A DNA stretch of 55,416 nt, taken from contig JBNMLE010000002.1 of assembly GCA_050874705.1 (NCBI GenBank), positions 1-55,416 on the forward strand, in the 5' to 3' direction. Both the position numbers and the translations under genes were made by a program. Below the pieces are notes generated by a model that ran no database searches, was not told where the DNA came from, and was given only the letters and a program-made list of their open reading frames with translations. This document shows, one piece after another, positions 51,093 through 55,416 of the stretch; position 1 is the stretch's first letter; each line of letters begins with the position of its first letter. The stretch is from Bacilli bacterium (GTDB taxonomy: Bacteria > Bacillota_I > Bacilli_A > RFN20 > CAG-826).

Positions 51093-51113
51093 CTTTTAAT
51101 ATAAGATAATTAA

Positions 51114-52439
51114 CTATTTTCCTGATACAGCAAGTTTCTTAATATAAACACTTGGTGTAGTGGTTCCATTAAGAATTAATTTGGAATCGTTAGCAACATC
51201 TTTAATATTCATAAAGACATCAACAAGATTGCCGGCAATAGTAATAAGTGTTAATGGCTCCGCAATTTTCCCATCTCTGATCATAAAACCTTGAGATTGG
51301 AGAGAGAAATTACCGCTTTTGGCGTTCATACCTGCGTGAAGTCCTTCAAGAGATGTAATATAAACACCTTCTTTAATATTGGCGATCATTTCGTCGAATG
51401 ATTTACGGCCATTTTTCACAACAAGATGTGAAAGACCAGCTTTCATTTTGCCACTTCTAACAGCGTTTCCAGTAGGTTCAACACCGTCTTTTTTAGCGGT
51501 TTCTAATGTATAAATATATGTTTCAAGAATTCCTTTTTTGATAATGTCTTTCTTTGTGCAAGGCACGCATTCATCATCGTGGTAATCAAAGAAGATATCT
51601 TTTTGTAAATTATCTTCTACTACTGAAAGTTTTTTACTTGCAATAGGTTGATGAAGTTTACCTATGAAAAGCGAAGAATTCTTTTGCACTTCTTCCGCAT
51701 CAACATTTGAAAGATAAGGTCTTAAAAGTTTTGAGAAGCATTCTTGTGATAAAACAACTGGATATTTTTTGCTCTTACATTGAGTTGCACCAAGTTTATC
51801 AAGAGCGTCTTTTGCAACATCATTGACAAATTCTTCTTCATTAAAATCATTGAAGTCAAGAGATGAAAATACTTTAAATCCAGTTTTAATATCATCTCCA
51901 TCTTTCACGGTTACTTCAGCGTATATTGTACATGTTGCTTTTTTATCTTTAAGCCTAATGCCATATGAGTTTGAAAGAAGTGATTCATCAAATTCTTCTT
52001 CATAACCAACACTCATAACATCAGTAATTCTTTTATCAAAAGCATATAATTTGTTTTCAATATCTTTTAATAAAGCAATCTTATCTTCAAGTTTTCCTGA
52101 AACAGTGTTTTTATTAAAGACATTTTTATTATGATATTTGCATTTGTTTGAAAAAATAATGCAAGGGTCATCGTTTTCAATTAAAGAAGCTGTTTCTTTA
52201 ATAGATTTAATTAAAAATTCAATTGTGTTTTTATCAATTTTTTCGGTAAATCCTTGACCGAATTTTCCATTTACAACACCTCTAGCAACAACTTTATGTG
52301 AATCGCTTTCAGTTAAGCTATCGATTTCGTGATGATAAATTGTAACGCTTGTGGATTTTGAATGAACATAAGAAAAATCACATACATTTATGCCATTAGC
52401 TTTGGCAAGTTCAAAGAATTTTTTATCATTTATTTTCAT
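51114..52439 (-). CDS. pmbA: TldE/PmbA metalloprotease subunit
   Basis: 441 aa of the PmbA_TldD family without HExxxH. ATGA overlap with tldD. Confidence 0.88.
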   Translation of the reverse strand: MKINDKKFFELAKANGINVCDFSYVHSKSTSVTIYHHEIDSLTESDSHKVVARGVVNGKFGQGFTEKIDKNTIEFLIKSIKETASLIENDDPCIIFSNKCKYHNKNVFNKNTVSGKLEDKIALLKDIENKLYAFDKRITDVMSVGYEEEFDESLLSNSYGIRLKDKKATCTIYAEVTVKDGDDIKTGFKVFSSLDFNDFNEEEFVNDVAKDALDKLGATQCKSKKYPVVLSQECFSKLLRPYLSNVDAEEVQKNSSLFIGKLHQPIASKKLSVVEDNLQKDIFFDYHDDECVPCTKKDIIKKGILETYIYTLETAKKDGVEPTGNAVRSGKMKAGLSHLVVKNGRKSFDEMIANIKEGVYITSLEGLHAGMNAKSGNFSLQSQGFMIRDGKIAEPLTLITIAGNLVDVFMNIKDVANDSKLILNGTTTPSVYIKKLAVSGK

Positions 52440-53833
52440 TTGAGTTCTCCTCCGTTTCCACCTACTAAAATTTCATCAACTCTAATTGTTGGTTGGCCAA
52501 CATCAACAGGTATTGATCCACTTACCGAACCACACATACCTTGTGCTCTTTCGAGATCATTTCCAACCATATCAATGTGTTTTAATATTTCTGCCCCTGA
52601 TCCAATAAGAGTTGCTCCTCTAACTGGTTCACAGACTTTTCCATCGCGAATAATATATGCTTCGCTACAACTGAAATTGAATTCACCAGTAGCAGGGTTA
52701 ACTGAACCTCCACCTAATGATTTTGCATATAAACCAAGTTTAGTGGCTTTTATCATTTCATCAACTGAAGATGTTCCGTTTGCGATATATGTGTTTGACA
52801 TTCTTGATGTAGGTTCGAACTTATATGATTCTCTACGGCAAGCGCCGTTTCCTTTCATACCCATTCTTCTTCCATTGAAATCATCAATTAAATAATTTTT
52901 AAGAACACCTTTTTCAATTAATAAAGTTTTTTGAGTTGGGTTTCCTTCGTCATCGATGTTGTTTGAACCCCAGCCGTTAACAATAGTTCCATCATCATAG
53001 GCTGTAACAACATCAGATGCGATTTTTTTACCTAATTTATTTGCAAAAACTGAATTATTTTTTGCAACCGCAGTTGCTTCAAGACTATGTCCACATGCTT
53101 CATGGAATATAACTCCTCCGAATGCATTACCAATAACAACTGGCATTTTACCACTTGGGCATTCTTTAGCATTAAGCATTGTTAAGGCTGATTGAGCTGT
53201 TTCTTTTGCAAGTTCTTCTACATTGATTTTGTCTAAGAAATATTCAAATCCCGCAGATGCACCAGGACCTGAAAATCCGGTTTCGATTTTTCCGTTTTCA
53301 CTTGCAACACACATTAAATACATTCTGGCTCTTTCTTTTTTATCTTTAAAAATAAAGCCATTTGAATTGATAATGGTGATGTTATTTTCATAATGATTTA
53401 AACCACTTTGTGTGCGCATAATCCTTGGATCATATTCGCTCATCACTTTATCGCCTCTTTTTAAATAAGCGATTTTTTCTTCACTTGATACTTCAGCGTG
53501 TGGTTTTAAATGAGGGTGTTTATTTTTAATATTTTTAACTTTTAAATCAGTAACAGTTATTTTTCTTTCTTCATTGAATGATTTTGAAAGAGATGTTGCA
53601 AGCTCTAACAAACTTTTTAAAGAAACATCGTTTGTATAGCCATAAACGCTTTGAAGCTTGTTTAAAAGTCTTAAACCCGCTCCAAAGGTATTCGATATTG
53701 TAGCGACATTTACTTTGCCATTTTCAATTGAATAAGAATAAGAAACTTTGTCTTCAATAAAAATTTCAGCAAAATCTGCACCAGTTGATAAACCGGCATT
53801 AAGTATTTCGATTGCTTGTTTTTTATTAATCAT
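52436..53833 (-). CDS. tldD: TldD metalloprotease subunit
   Basis: PmbA_TldD family with the catalytic motif HEACGH (HExxxH). Start placed at the ATG at 53833, with AAGGAGGA upstream. This gives the 8-nt overlap ATGATTAA with the upstream gene. Confidence 0.9.
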   Translation of the reverse strand: MINKKQAIEILNAGLSTGADFAEIFIEDKVSYSYSIENGKVNVATISNTFGAGLRLLNKLQSVYGYTNDVSLKSLLELATSLSKSFNEERKITVTDLKVKNIKNKHPHLKPHAEVSSEEKIAYLKRGDKVMSEYDPRIMRTQSGLNHYENNITIINSNGFIFKDKKERARMYLMCVASENGKIETGFSGPGASAGFEYFLDKINVEELAKETAQSALTMLNAKECPSGKMPVVIGNAFGGVIFHEACGHSLEATAVAKNNSVFANKLGKKIASDVVTAYDDGTIVNGWGSNNIDDEGNPTQKTLLIEKGVLKNYLIDDFNGRRMGMKGNGACRRESYKFEPTSRMSNTYIANGTSSVDEMIKATKLGLYAKSLGGGSVNPATGEFNFSCSEAYIIRDGKVCEPVRGATLIGSGAEILKHIDMVGNDLERAQGMCGSVSGSIPVDVGQPTIRVDEILVGGNGGELK

Positions 53834-55379
53834 TGGCTTTATCCTCCTTTTTATATTTATCATTTAAAAGTATAACCTTTTTATGTTCTTTTTTAGAAAT
53901 AATTTGAATTGCAAATCTTCCACTCATAAGAGCGATTGGAAGACCTCCAGGCATAATTGTCCATTGTCCTGAGAAAATTAGATTTTTTAAACCACGAATT
54001 TTTGTGCTATGAAATAATTGATTTCCTTTTGAAGTAAAAGCCCACGGCATATATGCTCCTCGATATGCATTTGTGTATCTTTCATATGTTGTAGGAGTGC
54101 AAACATCAATTAACTCCAATTCATCTTTTAGCAAAGGAAAGTGATTTTCGATGCGTTCTTTGATCTTATTTCCTATTTTGTTCTTTTCATTTAGGTATTC
54201 TTTGTAATTTTTTCTAATTCTTTTCCAAAAATAGAAATCTTTATCATTTTGATGAATCAACACATTAACTAAAACCCTATTATCGTTTCCAACAAATGTC
54301 TCATCAAAGGAATAATCTCTCATTTTAATTGAATCTATTGTTGTTCTTCCTACTTTTAAGGGAGAGCACGGAAATTCATAAGTAGAAGTGATATTAAGAT
54401 TTTTCATCTTATCTTTATCAACTAGAAAGCACACATATACACATGATGGAAGCGGATATTTCTTTTTATGAACAAATCTTTTTAAAATACGGTTATCTTT
54501 ATGTCTATTTTTAAGTAAATTTCTTGTAAGCTCATAAGCATCGACTGCTGATACATAGTAGTCAGCGGTATATTCATCACCATTTTTTAATTGTATATTC
54601 ATCACCTTATTTTGTTTTGTATTTAATTGTTTCACTTCACTAAGATAATGAATTTTACCTCCGCACCTAAGGTATTCTTGTTTCATATTTTCAACGATAG
54701 AAACACTTCCACCTTTTGGGACTCCTCCATTTTTAAATGAAACAGTTCCATATGCGTAAAGAGCGGAATATATATTTCCGTCTCCGGGAACTATTCTTGA
54801 GAATACATATTTAAGTATTGGCGATTTGAACTTATTAGCGAACTTTTGTTGTGAGATATGAGATGCATAAATATAAGAAGGAAGATATGGAATCATAGTG
54901 AATCCAATTTTTATAAAATCTATGATATTCATGCATGAAATCGGCTTAAATACAGGCAAAGGCATTTTATGAAATTTAATGATGTATTTTTTCATTTTAT
55001 GTATCATTCTTTTATCTTTAGGTGATACATCAACAAATTCCTTTTCAAAGCGATCTAAATCACACCAAAAAGTGTAGACCTTTCCTTGATATTCGACACT
55101 TCCAAAATTATCACCATGAATAATGTCTTCTTGTTTAAAAGCATTTACATCATGCCACGTTTTGTTAATTTCAGTATTTTCTTCAGTTCCAGTCAACCAA
55201 TGAACGCAACCATCTATTAAATGGTCTTTTCTTGTCCAACCAGTACATAATCCTCCAACAACAGGATTTTTTTCAAATATTTCAGTTTCATAGCCATTCT
55301 TTTGGCCGAATATGCCGGCACTTAGTCCGGATATTCCTCCACCGATGATTATTATTTTTTTCTTTTTTTCGTCATTCAT
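53826..55379 (-). CDS. FAD/NAD(P)-binding oxidoreductase of the phytoene-desaturase (CrtI)/amine-oxidase superfamily
   Basis: 517 aa. The N-terminus KIIIIGGGISGLSAGIFGQKNGYETEIFEKNPVVGGL is a classic dinucleotide-binding beta-alpha-beta fold plus the GG motif. Length and C-terminal pattern fit CrtI-like flavoproteins. Confidence 0.75.
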   Translation of the reverse strand: MNDEKKKKIIIIGGGISGLSAGIFGQKNGYETEIFEKNPVVGGLCTGWTRKDHLIDGCVHWLTGTEENTEINKTWHDVNAFKQEDIIHGDNFGSVEYQGKVYTFWCDLDRFEKEFVDVSPKDKRMIHKMKKYIIKFHKMPLPVFKPISCMNIIDFIKIGFTMIPYLPSYIYASHISQQKFANKFKSPILKYVFSRIVPGDGNIYSALYAYGTVSFKNGGVPKGGSVSIVENMKQEYLRCGGKIHYLSEVKQLNTKQNKVMNIQLKNGDEYTADYYVSAVDAYELTRNLLKNRHKDNRILKRFVHKKKYPLPSCVYVCFLVDKDKMKNLNITSTYEFPCSPLKVGRTTIDSIKMRDYSFDETFVGNDNRVLVNVLIHQNDKDFYFWKRIRKNYKEYLNEKNKIGNKIKERIENHFPLLKDELELIDVCTPTTYERYTNAYRGAYMPWAFTSKGNQLFHSTKIRGLKNLIFSGQWTIMPGGLPIALMSGRFAIQIISKKEHKKVILLNDKYKKEDKAND

Positions 55380-55416
55380 ATTTCTATTGTTATTATAGTT
55401 TTATAAAGAAAAAAGT

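Noticed and set aside
52362-52895. 177-aa plus-strand ORF, together with similar ORFs at 3854-4240, 7023-7379, 6687-6932, 31935-32216, 32391-32705, 35302-35673, 38092-38403, 39763-40110, 42111-42383, 43098-43391, 44932-45213 and 47170-47490
   Set aside because: All lie entirely antisense to long CDSs with strong family signatures (tldD/pmbA, the ABC gene, dusB/ftsH, dnaN, gyrB, gyrA, serS, the P-type ATPase, psuG, the M50-like gene). Their products are low-complexity S/L/F/I-rich strings with no RBS. These are typical shadow ORFs.

Overview
This is an AT-rich window (roughly 30% G+C by eye, not computed) that spans the chromosomal replication origin of a low-GC Firmicutes/Mollicutes-type bacterium. 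The organism uses the standard genetic code. TGA acts as a stop (for example at the end of gyrA and in the ATGA gene overlaps), which rules out Mycoplasma/Spiroplasma code 4. It fits an Acholeplasma- or Erysipelotrichia-like lineage, and the very short (~78 nt) SRP RNA also points that way.

The core layout is rpmH-rnpA-yidC-jag-mnmE on the minus strand, a DnaA-box-rich oriC, then dnaA-dnaN-yaaA-recF-gyrB-gyrA on the plus strand. Left of oriC almost every gene is on the minus strand: tatD, rnmV, rsmA, ispE, glmU, pth, mfd, yabO, tilS, ftsH, dusB, lysS and the rpsF-ssb-rpsR operon. Right of oriC most genes are on the plus strand: a GT4-like gene, serS, ffs, tadA, a P-type ATPase, psuG, a TetR/DhaS-like gene, an Fe-ADH, an M50-like gene and degV. 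So transcription is largely co-oriented with replication.

There are no rRNA or tRNA genes, no CRISPR array, and no recognisable defence or toxin-antitoxin loci.

The non-housekeeping content is small:
- the N-terminal end of an IS30-family transposase at the left edge
- a MacB-like fused ABC transporter that has decayed into a multi-lesion pseudogene
- an SD-less orphan gene in a 1.1 kb gene-poor AT-rich pocket, next to a candidate small RNA / 17-codon hydrophobic mini-ORF
- a tightly coupled flavoprotein (CrtI-like)-TldD-TldE operon at the right edge

I see no compelling evidence for a novel multi-gene system. The leads below are modest and each comes with a test.
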